A stretch of 64,000 nucleotides of DNA from a bacterium (GTDB taxonomy: Bacteria; Patescibacteriota; Dojkabacteria; SC72): positions 8,531 through 72,530 of the forward strand of contig JAIORF010000005.1 of NCBI GenBank assembly GCA_021108295.1. The letters run 5' to 3'. How positions within the stretch are numbered: position 1 is the stretch's first letter; each line of letters begins with the position of its first letter. The notes under the pieces are model-generated. The model was not told the DNA's origin. It saw only the letters and a list, made by a program, of their open reading frames with translations, and made no database searches. The translations under genes were made by a program, and so were the position numbers. Below, piece by piece: positions 8,601 through 17,200 of this stretch.

Positions 8601-11135
8601 ATTTGTATTAATACGATGACCCATTGCAATAGAATAATCACCATCAGCATACGCGCTTCGACCCATTGCAATTGAGTAATTACCAACAGCCCACGGATTC
8701 ATTCCTAACGCAAGAGCATAATCCCCAGAACCCCGTGCACCTGAACCTATTCCAACTGCTTCAATTCCAAGACCCCGTGCCTGAGACCCAATTGCAATAG
8801 CACCAAATGAAGTAGAACTTGCTCCTGACCCTATTGCAACAGAAACAGTTCCTGAAGCAACTGTTTCCTCTCCTGCTGCGAATGAATAATCTCCTGAAGC
8901 AATTGAATCAAGTCCGAATGCAACGGAAAAATCACCAATATTTGCATCATCCCATTGATCATCTTCTACATGCCCAGCTCTAAAAGCTGCTTTCCTTGGA
9001 TACCACATCATTCTTGTTCCTGCTCCTAAGTTTGGTTCTATCCAACCTGAACCATATTCACCAGTTGCTAAAATAGCTCCGTCACCACCCATAGCACCAT
9101 TACCAATATCTAAAGCTACTCTTGGAGTTACATTTCCAATCCCAATATTATCTGTTAAAACTTTTTGATAAATATATCCATTTACACTATCTCTTTCCCA
9201 AGGTGAAGCACTAGAAACTTGAACATCTACATACCCCTTATCCACCAAAGAACGATCTGCAAAATTGGCAGAGTAATCACCTGAATATACTACTCCGACT
9301 TGTGCTGCTCCAACCCTATCATCAGTAAATCTAAATGAATTTGTACTATCATCTAAATGGAAACTAAAATTAGGAGCATCAAAAGAAAAGTCTCTTCCAG
9401 CTTTAACTTCATACTTAACAGAACCACCATCATCATCTATTTCATAAGAAGGCATATTCATAAAGAAAGAATTACCACCTCCAACTTGATTATCAAGTGC
9501 TCCCTGCCATGTTAATGCACCAACATGATCATCAACATACTCTTTATCAACAAGCGATCTGTCTACAAAATTAGCAGAATAATCTTTATCATAAGTAGCA
9601 CCCTGAAATGATGTATCTCCTGTATATATTTCCATTAACCCTGTTTCCAACCTAAGAGATGTTTCATTTGCTCCTCCTCCAACAGTATTTCCTTTTAATG
9701 ACAAAACTCCTGCATTATTACCTACAACCATTGCCGCTTGGAATGTTGCATTATTCTGTGCATACATCTGAAAGAAAGATGGCTCTATATCAAATCGACT
9801 CCTACTTGCACCACTATCAACAATTATTGCAGAAGTATCTTCATTTATTTCATAAGTAACCCAATTATTCAGTATATGCAAACTATTACCATTAGCATTA
9901 ACAGTTCTAGCACCTGTCAATGTACCATCAGCATTATAGATATTCACCACCCCACCAGTTATTGCATCATCCACATACTCTTTATCAACCAAAGACCTGT
10001 CTGTAAATCCTGTAGCATAATCAGCCGCATATTCAAATCCCTTGGTTATAGCTCTGTTATCTGTAATGATTGAATCTACATTATTAACATCTATATCAAA
10101 ATTAGAAGTAGTATTAGTCACATACCAGAATAGTGAATCCTGATGCCCTATTTCAAATTGACCAGCACCAGATGCTGCAAGCTTTAATATTGCTCCATCA
10201 TATTCTATTTCAGCATCTGTTCCATAAAAGCCATATGCACCCAAATTATTAAACCATAAGTGATTTCCATTACCATCAATACTTCTAACTCCTGTCAATG
10301 TACCGTCAGCAGTATAAATATTATCCACTGCTAAGGTCGAACTATCTACCCAATCAGTTCCACCTACAGTTGAGACCAGAACTTGCCCTGCTGTTCCAGC
10401 ATCATCACTAGTATCAAAAAACGCCCCTTCTAATCTCATATCATCTGCAATGTGAAGTGATACTGTAGGAACTGACACCCCCACTCCTACATTTCCATTA
10501 TTAAGTATCACAAAAGATGTTGTTCCATTATTCTGTACCTCAAACAGACTACCCGTACCTATCTGATTAATAATTAGGGCTGGAGTCACATCATTAGAAG
10601 TCATCTGTACATTACCTGCTGAGTTAAACACTACATTACCTGAGTTCTCTGTCTGTATATTCACATCCTCACTATCACCAAACAAGCCTCCTGCTGTATG
10701 TGCGTAGGGATTACTAGAAAGAGGAATTCTTGGTGTTGCCTCTCCATCTGCTCCTACCTTTACTCCTATGTAGTACTCATCTGTGAAGTCCATATATGCA
10801 GGGAAGGAAACACAAGTACCTAATCTCTGTCCAAAGATACCCTCTGCATCTGGATCTATCTGCATACAATTACCTACTACTTGATCATATGTTTCTGTCC
10901 AAAGAAGGGGGCCTGTAGAAGATGGTATATCACTAGGTGCTCCAGTACTGATATTATTGTAGATTGAGAACTGTATGGTGGTAGGGTCTGCAATTGGTGT
11001 TCCTACATTGTCTTTAAGTTTACCTTGGTAGTTAAGATTTTCTGGGATTGCAGCTTGCACTTGGATGGTAAAAAGAAGCAGAAAAGCACATACGAGTAGG
11101 AGTATTCTTTTTTTAGATGAGGGCAGATTATCCAT
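2619..11135 (-). CDS. Giant secreted modular fibre/adhesin-like protein (2838 aa). Signal peptide, Hep_Hag-like heptad runs, repeated modules, and a C-terminal intramolecular-chaperone (Peptidase_S74-like) domain.
   Basis: N-terminus MDNLPSSKKRILLLVCAFLLLFTIQVQA is a signal peptide. Runs of S-x-A-x-G heptads (e.g. YSFAAGEETVASGTVSVAIGSGAS) each end in CNQANSMCIMGGEVGMG. The TILHIDSNAVNTAAILTLENTAGDFQVFRTDATPESSVTGSIGDL module occurs three times. C-terminus is ...SDIRLKENVDTIDNALESVLGMRGVRYNFIG...GVIAQEVEGYFPEIV..., matching the tail-fibre/endosialidase chaperone domain. Confidence 0.85.
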   Translation of the reverse strand: MDNLPSSKKRILLLVCAFLLLFTIQVQAAIPENLNYQGKLKDNVGTPIADPTTIQFSIYNNISTGAPSDIPSSTGPLLWTETYDQVVGNCMQIDPDAEGIFGQRLGTCVSFPAYMDFTDEYYIGVKVGADGEATPRIPLSSNPYAHTAGGLFGDSEDVNIQTENSGNVVFNSAGNVQMTSNDVTPALIINQIGTGSLFEVQNNGTTSFVILNNGNVGVGVSVPTVSLHIADDMRLEGAFFDTSDDAGTAGQVLVSTVGGTDWVDSSTLAVDNIYTADGTLTGVRSIDGNGNHLWFNNLGAYGFYGTDAEIEYDGAILKLAASGAGQFEIGHQDSLFWYVTNTTSNFDIDVNNVDSIITDNRAITKGFEYAADYATGFTDRSLVDKEYVDDAITGGVVNIYNADGTLTGARTVNANGNSLHILNNWVTYEINEDTSAIIVDSGASRSRFDIEPSFFQMYAQNNATFQAAMVVGNNAGVLSLKGNTVGGGANETSLRLETGLMEIYTGDTSFQGATYDKDYSANFVDRSLVDKEYVDDHVGALTWQGALDNQVGGGNSFFMNMPSYEIDDDGGSVKYEVKAGRDFSFDAPNFSFHLDDSTNSFRFTDDRVGAAQVGVVYSGDYSANFADRSLVDKGYVDVQVSSASPWERDSVNGYIYQKVLTDNIGIGNVTPRVALDIGNGAMGGDGAILATGEYGSGWIEPNLGAGTRMMWYPRKAAFRAGHVEDDQWDDANIGDFSVAFGLDSIASGDYSFAAGEETVASGTVSVAIGSGASSTSFGAIAIGSQARGLGIEAVGIGSGARGSGDYALALGMNPWAVGNYSIAMGRSAYADGDYSIAMGHRINTNADYVVAIGLDNMMGLQCNQANSMCIMGGEVGMGTIAPSTILHVDSNVVNTAAILTLENTAGDFQVFRTDATPESSVTGSIGDLAVDGSSGEMYIKNSGTGTNIGWVQVATSATTSNIYTDDGTISENRLISGTGGNQVEFNMTDGLIDSGIVYNHVSNLLYHDPGGPANRVSLEVGDNITITDLLSSRGALYAADYSAHFIDRSLVDKGYVDVQVSSASPWERDSVNGYIYQKVLTDNIGIGNVTPRVALDIGNGAMGGDGAILATGELGSGWVEPNLGAGTRMMWYPRKAAFRAGYVDDDHWDDANIGEYSVAFGLDNIASGDYSFVAGEESVASGSTSVAIGGGAFATESNTVAIGGGAYATDVGATALGFHSDAQGSYSVALGWGIANGDYSVAMGTSVTAVGEHAIAIGNVARAAGNHSIAMGHRITADADYVVAIGLDDMATLQCNQANSMCIMGGEVGMGTIAPSSILHIDSNAANTAAILTLENTAGDFQVFRTDATPESSVTGSIGDLAVDGSSGEMYIKNSGSGTNTGWLSFATGSGASTFLALTDTPAAYTAGSLLFTSGSEVVEDNANLFWNDTTNRLGIGTTTPGEVLEVSGNIHINTGQMLISPIDAWENPLQVYESAGGDVAVSIQVNGNSENSLNIKDNNVNTVKINGNGDTYFNGGNIGIGILTPSTILHIDSNAVNTSAILTLENTAGDFQIFRTDATPESSVTGSIGDLAIDGTGGDMYIKHTGSGTNTGWLAFATGSGSGTLDQAYDSGGAGVGRQITADTGAVEITVSDTSNNVGLVVNQNDTTNNPNGVQINHSGTGYGLYITEDEVNTDNVIARFSNTQAATASGNYLLVDTDGHGIVIGGTNALAGGRGTMASVDFNTSTYSQLVQQGSDYVFQTGGAFGALQNSLTIANDGNAVFSTDSDSTTNAYQFTNLGSGNSLVVNDQSADTTPFIINAHGQVGVGTNAPHSNTMIHVLAGASGATPVAHSYITIENSNESYLSLLTTNTGSGRIVFGDPENNLIGQVGYDHGTDSMFFRVNNAYRLNISSAGAVQFNGAYTFPTTDGTSGQVLQTDGTGALSWATAGGSDTDWTGAGTGTMYATNTSDDVLIGSTTQTGISGRNLYIEGDGSAGAVHIRGSSPRSEWYATSNTSGSRAFDIVAYSDAIHLRILDDGFSTANDILTASLSEIVFNESSTDQDFRIESDDNTDMFFVDAGNDRVGIGTNSPTSQLHVYDALNMGYTGITIENGGTTNNDTRVQFISGTKESDIIKSAFSGDLSFRNGGIIRMAIGESGVVRFNNTYSFPTVDGANGEVLQTDGSGTLTWASVGGVAVWTKTGTNLSPTTSGDDLLLNTGETLSLVDMATGSMPFFGASGLLSQDNANLFWNDTNNRLGIGTSSPIHKFQISGDHDEARILIHDSDGGNDDEAGLLFAVSGNLGTSPAKGGIFFNRTDTYGRGDLIFATDNNADSTEVAKGDIRMSIKSRGEVIVGDATPTHIFGSGSLYVDQYIEIGKSLYVGSQIVRRTDLDTYIDFEDEDSLEIRAGGVRMLSLIEGVSDSVVINEYSLDVDFRIEGDTEANLLFVDASTDNVGINTNTPRTSLELSGDGSVLATGALVSGWTEPNLGSGVRMMWYPRKAAFRAGDVDGTQWNDANIGSWSVATGQSTRATASVSTAFGSYTLASDLYTTAMGAHTTASNDYATAMGRATTASGQISTAMGFDTTASATGATATGYSTTASGLYGFTIGNSITAGPNSHIVAIGLDATPRTCNQTSSMCVMGGNVGIGALAPVSILELESSGDTVLTIDTGLNNDAEINLSESGTVKWNIFNDGNNSDRLYITDDDDDNGVYIAQDATSWTSNSDIRLKENVDTIDNALESVLGMRGVRYNFIGTDNTEIGVIAQEVEGYFPEIVDTNGEYWGVSYARIGAILIEAIKEQQIEIETLGDLSENEEFVALVEQVDSHDSDIDMLKSENDAMKEALCGLGVEVFCE
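7010..7270. repeat. Direct DNA repeat, about 97% identical to 8310..8570. Part of a roughly 1.26-1.30 kb tandem duplication unit inside the giant gene. A second pair is 7725..7998 versus 8987..9258, and a more diverged third copy lies near 6360..6600.
   Basis: Long near-identical strings seen directly, e.g. ...ctttatatacatctctccactactaccatctactgccaagtcccctatcgatcctgttacagaactctccggtgttgcatctgttctaaatacttggaaatctcctgctgtgttttctagagttaagattgctgctgtgttt... at both places. Confidence 0.8.
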
Positions 11136-11285
11136 CTATACTTTTCTTAAGTTTTACTAACTAAATAGTAGTACACTATATACTGTATACGATACCACTA
11201 AATAGATACTAGACGCAAGAGAATATATACTAGGAAAGAATTTACGTAACATTGCCCTGTTAGAAAAAAAGGGTTATAGGAACAC
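10505..11285. repeat. Duplicated segment of about 780 bp, about 95% identical (about 250 bp effectively identical), with its partner at 24155..24948. It carries the upstream non-coding region, ATG, signal peptide and first ~210 codons of two different giant genes.
   Basis: 11136-11285 and 24789-24948 (ttatccatctatacttt.cttaagtttt.ctaactaaatagtagtacactatatactgtatac.ataccactaaa.agatactagacgcaagagaatatatactaggaaagaatttacgtaacat) differ at a few bases. The encoded N-termini are identical over more than 100 aa (GNCMQIDPDAEG...SLFEVQ). Confidence 0.85.
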
Positions 11286-11290
11286 CCCCA
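11136..11290 (-). promoter_or_regulatory. Conserved (duplicated) upstream region likely holding the promoter/5'UTR for the giant gene at 11135. Its twin at 24789..24948 serves the gene at 24788.
   Basis: 155-bp AT-rich non-coding block conserved with its twin. The sense strand holds TTGCGT ... TATACAGTATATAGT sigma70-like hexamer candidates. Exact -35/-10 not resolved. Confidence 0.4.
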
Positions 11291-14200
11291 CTACTCCTCA
11301 CACCAACTATATGAGTCGTCCTTTGTACAAAGTTCATCCTCCAACACACCAAGCTGATCTTCTATATCACTTACTTGTTCGAATAGTGCCATAAAGTCTT
11401 CATTCTTACTTAAATCACCTAAAGTCTCTATCTCTATCTGTTGCTCTTGTACTGCGTTAATAAGAGGTACTATAAAGGTTGAGTAACTTAAAGAGTAGAA
11501 GTCGTCTTCACTCTGTGGTTTGTTCAATCCACTAAACTCAACACCTTCAAGCGCTGCTTCTACCTCTTGTGCAATAAGGCCGGTATACTCTATGCCCTCC
11601 TGTCCTTCTGCTTTGTAATTAAAAGTGACAGGGTTTAGCTTGTTGATAAACTCAAGACCTAGGACACTCTCCTCTATATTCTCTTTCAAGCGTCTGTCTG
11701 ATGGGTAAGACCATGCTACTTGCCCTTCAATAGCGGTAACAGAACCATTACCAATCCTCACCTTGTTACTTGCGTTAACAGTAGTAGTATCTCCAATAGC
11801 TGTAGCGTTTGTCAGATTAGCGGTACTTACATTTGCTTGATTTCCAATTGCAGTATTGCTAGAGCCAGTGGTGTTTGTATTGAGAGCGCTACGACCAACA
11901 GCAGTATTGTAATTCCCCGTGGTAGTACCAAAAAGAGCATTACGACCGTCAGCTACATTTCCTATTCCTGAAGTGTTACTGTAAAGAGCATTATGTCCAG
12001 TTGCTGTATTTCCAGTTGCTACATTAGAATAAAGAGCGTTGTATCCACTGGCTGTATTATATTGTCCTGTGCTATTGGTATAAAGCGAGCCATCACCAAT
12101 AGCTGTATTATAATTCCCTGTAGTATTGGTGTAGAGAGCATCATGACCAAGTGCTGAGTTCCTACTTCCTGAGGAAGTAGATAAAAGTGAACTATCACCA
12201 ATAGAGGTATTGTATTGCCCAGTATTATTCGCTGCGGTAGGGCTTCCTCTTAATGCCTCATAACCAACCGCAGTATTATAGGTATCTCTACCAGTTGCCC
12301 TGTTATCTGCATAAAACATTGCATTAGATCCCATTGCTGTACTTCTGCTATTAGCTATATTGTAGTAAAGAGCACGATAGCCACTAGCCGTATTATGACT
12401 TCCTGCAACATTAGAACGAAGAGCAGTGAACCCCATAACAGTATTGTAATCCCCTGTGGTATTATCAGTAAGAGAATAGGCACCAGTAGTTGTATTATAA
12501 CTCCCAACAGTGTTGTCAACGAAGGCGCTATAACCATTAGCCGTATTACGATTTCCTATAGTATTAGCACTTCCTACCTCAATACCTACAAAAGTATTAT
12601 AATATCCTTCGTGAGGATTTACATGAGAAAGGTTCGTTCCACCATTTCCAACAACCAAAGATCCAGTAAACCCATCTTCTGCTTGAGCGTTGTAAAGAGT
12701 TTGTTCTCCATCTATCTTTATTGCCTGCGATATATCAATATCTCCACCACTCTCTATCTTAAGTCTCTCTACATCGTTTGTAAGGAAGCTCAATGCAAAA
12801 GCATCTGTATTACCCAATGTCCTGTCTGCTCCTCCTGCTTCTCCTCCATCTGAATAGTCTCCACCACTACCACCAGTAGCAAACTGTGTCCAGCCGGTAT
12901 TAGTTCCACTACCACTCGTTTTAAGATACATAGTCCCATTATTACTATCCACCACCAAATCACCTACCGAACCAGTCACTGTACTCTCTGGAGTTGTATC
13001 TGTCCTAAATATTTGGAAATTACCAGCACTATTCTCTAATGTTAACATTGCAACTGTATTAGCTGCATTGGAATCAACATGCAAAGTAGAACTTGGTGAA
13101 ACTATCCCTATACCAACCATCCCAGTATCTCCCTGTGGGAATATTAAAAACCTACTATTCGCTGGTGCGAAGGTTTGTCCTCCATCATCATATCCCCAAA
13201 TAAAGGTTCCATCACCTGAACTTGCCCTCATATTCCTACCACCAGTAAACGAAGACCTTCCAGCTGCATACGAATCCTGTCCAATAGCTGTTGAAATTGT
13301 TCCAGAAGCAATCGTTCCCCAACCCAATGCCGTTGAACTTTCTCCAGAAGCTGTTGTGTCATAACCCAGCGCTGTTGACCTTACTCCAGAAGCCGTTGTA
13401 TCACGACCCATTGCCAATGCATACTCTCCTGATGCAGTTGTACCATATCCAAAAGCCATTGCCTGTTGAGCCGAAGCTAAGGTCCCCATACCTATCGCCG
13501 TAGAATAATCTGCCGAAGCAGTTGAAGAATATCCTATCGCTGTTGAAGAAGTACCTGAAGCGTCTGTAAGACGGCCTAGTGCTGTTGCATAATTCCCTGG
13601 TGCAGTCGCGTTCCAACCAAAAGCCATTGAAATACTCCCCACATTAACATTATCCCACTGAGTACCATCTACCATTCCAGCTCTGAAAGAGCCCTCAGAC
13701 TTATCAAAGAACATTCTATGATCATGATCTGTATTCCCATCATCTGCTAATTGACTAGACCCAAACACAAAATCGTCTGTAGCTAATGTACCAGGTGAAT
13801 TACTAGTCACATTAAGTGTAGTACTAAATGCTCCTCCACTCCCACCTGCCAACAAATCATTAGATGTTGAGCCGTCATAGAAGTATAGCTCTGTACCATT
13901 CCACCATAGATCTCCTGAATTTGGTGATGTTGGATCTATACCAGCGGATGTCTCTAATCTTAATTGTGAACTAGAGGCAGTAGTTGGAGCTAGATGAAGT
14001 AAGGCTGTAGGACTACCTGTTCCAATACCTACTTCTCCTCCCATAATACACAGGGAATTAGCTTGATTACATGTTCTGTAAGTACTATCTAAACCAATGG
14101 CTACAATATTAGAGTTTGTTCCTGCTGTAATCGACTGTCCAATTGAAGTTGTATAAAGCCCTGAAGCAACTGTTTGATAACCCATTGCTGTCGAATAGTT

Positions 14201-17200
14201 TGCTGAAGCTTCTGTTTCAAAACCCAATGCTGTTGAAGTCTCCCCTGAAGCGACTGTATTTTCACCCACTGCTATCGAATTCTCTCCTGTAGCCTCAGTG
14301 TTATAACCCATTGCTGTTGAATAGTCCCCAGAAGCTTCTGTACCATAACTCATTGCTATTGAATAACTCCCCGAAGCATCAGTATTACGCCCCATGGCTA
14401 CTGCATTTATTCCGGAAGCGATTGTATCACGACCAAATGCTGCTGAGTATACCCCAATATAAGCATCATCCCATTGAGTCCCCGTTACACGACCAGCTCT
14501 GAAAGAGCCCTTAGACTTATCAAAGAACATTCTATAATCATGATCTGTATTCCCATCATCTGCTAGTTGACTAGATCCAAAAACAAAATCGTCTGTAGCT
14601 AATGTACCCGGTGAATTACTAGTCACATTAAGTGTAGTACTGAATGCTCCTCCTCCTGAACCAAAAGCAACCCAACCAGTATTTGTAGCATCACCAGTGT
14701 TCTTGATATATAACACACCGTTAGTACCATCTACTGCTAAATCACCAACTGAACCTGTTATTGCAGATTCCGGTGTAGCATCTGCTCTAAACACCTGGAA
14801 GTCACCAGCAGTATTTTCTAAAGTTAATATTGCTGTTGTATTAGCAGAATTACTATCTGCATGCAATATACTGTCTGGATCTATAGTCCCAATTCCTACC
14901 TCTCCATCTGTTTCTATTCTCATACTCTCATTCAATGTTCCATCACTAGTAAAGAACTGTAGGTATCCATATGTAATACTAGTATGTATTGATCCAGTAA
15001 TTTTAGCACTCACCCTACCAGCTCCATTACTATTGTAAAACTCAATATTTGAAATAGCACCAGTTCCAGACTGGTTCCTACTTAATCGCAGTGTTGTGTC
15101 AGCTATACCCTCAACCTCAAGGAGAGTCCCCGGTGTGTTAGTACCTATCCCTATCCTATTGTTATCAACATCTGCAAAGAAAAGATAGGAATATGCATCA
15201 CCTTCAATACGGAAGTCTAAAGTACTTATTCCACCATCATTCCATGCAAATCCGGCAGTTCTAGTTAGTAACAGGACATCACGATAATTCCCAACATCAA
15301 ATCTAATTGTATCATCATCAATTCCTTCCTCTACTTGAATCCCTGTGTCTAAATCAGCATCCCAAATAGCATCTGAGGAACTTCCCCCACCTGCCAACAA
15401 ATCATTAGATGTTGAGCCATCGTAGAAGTATAGCTCTGTACCATTCCACCATAGATCTCCTGAGTTAGGAGTTGTTGGATCTGTACCCGCTGATGTTTCT
15501 AATCTAAATTGTGCTCTAGAAGTAGTAGTTGGAGCTAAGTGAAGTGAAGCTGTAGGAGCTACTGCCCCAATACCAACTTCTCCTCCCATAATACACAGGG
15601 AATTAGCTTGATTACATGTTCTTGCAGTACTATCTAAACCAATGGCTATAATATCGCCGTTTATTCCTGCAGTAATTGCCCTCCCTATTGCGGTTGTAGC
15701 TACCCCAGAAGCAGTTGTTTGATAACCTATTGCAGTTGATGCATTTCCTGAAGCTGTGGTACTCCAACCTATTGCAGTTGATCCCTGTCCCGAAGCCTCT
15801 GTCTCACGACCCATTGCAGTTGCATAGTCATTCGAAGCCAGTGTATATCCTCCCAGTGCCGTTGAATGAGCTCCCGAAGCAGTTGTTACCCAACCTAGAG
15901 CTGTGGATGTGTATGCCGAAGCAGTTGTGTCATAACCCATTGCAGTTGAATAGGTACCGACACTGCCGTCATCCCACTGAGTGCCAGACACACCCCCTGC
16001 TCTAAAAGCTGCCTTTCTTGGATACCACATCATTCTTGTTCCTGCTCCAAGATCTGGTTCTGTCCAACCTGCGCTATAAGTTCCTGTTGCTAAAATGGCT
16101 CCATCGCCACTAAGTTCTAGTGCTGTTCTAGGAGTTGCCGTTCCAATTCCTATATTATCAGTCAGAACTTTCTGATAAATATATCCATTTACACTATCTC
16201 TTTCCCATGGAGCAACACTAGAAACTAGAACATCTACATACCCCTTATCAACTAAAGAACGATCTACAAAATTAGTAGAATAGTCAGCAGAATATCGAAG
16301 CCCTAAACTACTATCCGTCCTAACTGTCCCAAAAGTAGAAGCATCTAATATTATAGAGGATATTCCTGTACCAGAACCTCCTTGATTATCATCCGACAAC
16401 ATCACAACACTTGATTGTGTAGCTCTAAAGTGATTAATTGTATTCCCAAGTGCCGCCGCACTTAATCTTGCATCTCCCATATTAAGATTCACCGCAGCAG
16501 AAACAGAAGAAGTGTCTGTTGAATCAAATCGAAGTGTATAGTCTCCAGAAACTTGTGTATTTTCTACCAATATCCCCCCTAACTGAATAGTTCCAGAGTC
16601 ATTTGTAAGTCCATTATTGGCAGGGACATTATTCACAATACCATCTACATACCCTTTATCAACTAAAGAACGATCTACAAAATTAGCAGAATAGTCAGCA
16701 CCATATTGGAACCCTGCAAAACTACCATAACTTGAAGTAATTGTTGTTATTTCATTACCAATATTAAAGTCTGTAGAAGTTCCTCCTCCACTTTGTTCTA
16801 TATGCATATTCCAATTAGTATCGTCCATCGATACATTGGAATAATAATTTTCAAAAGACACCTTATCATCAAAAGTTAATTGAATATTTGCATATTGTGT
16901 TCCCTGCAGTGTCAAATTATTTCCACCAGTATTGAGTGTTCTATCACCTGTCAAAGTTCCATTTACTGTATATATATTACTTATGGTAGAACCAGTTGCT
17001 ACCTGTACCCAACCAGTATTGGTTCCATCACCAGTGTCTTTAAGATAAAGTGCTCCACCAGTATTATCCATAAAGAGAGAACCCAACTGAGCAGTAACAA
17101 CACCCTCTGGTGTAGCATTACCCGTAAAGAAACCAACTGAGTCTGAATTGGTTGAATCAGTAAAACGAAGGAACTCTGTATTCTCAGCAGCCTCAATATC

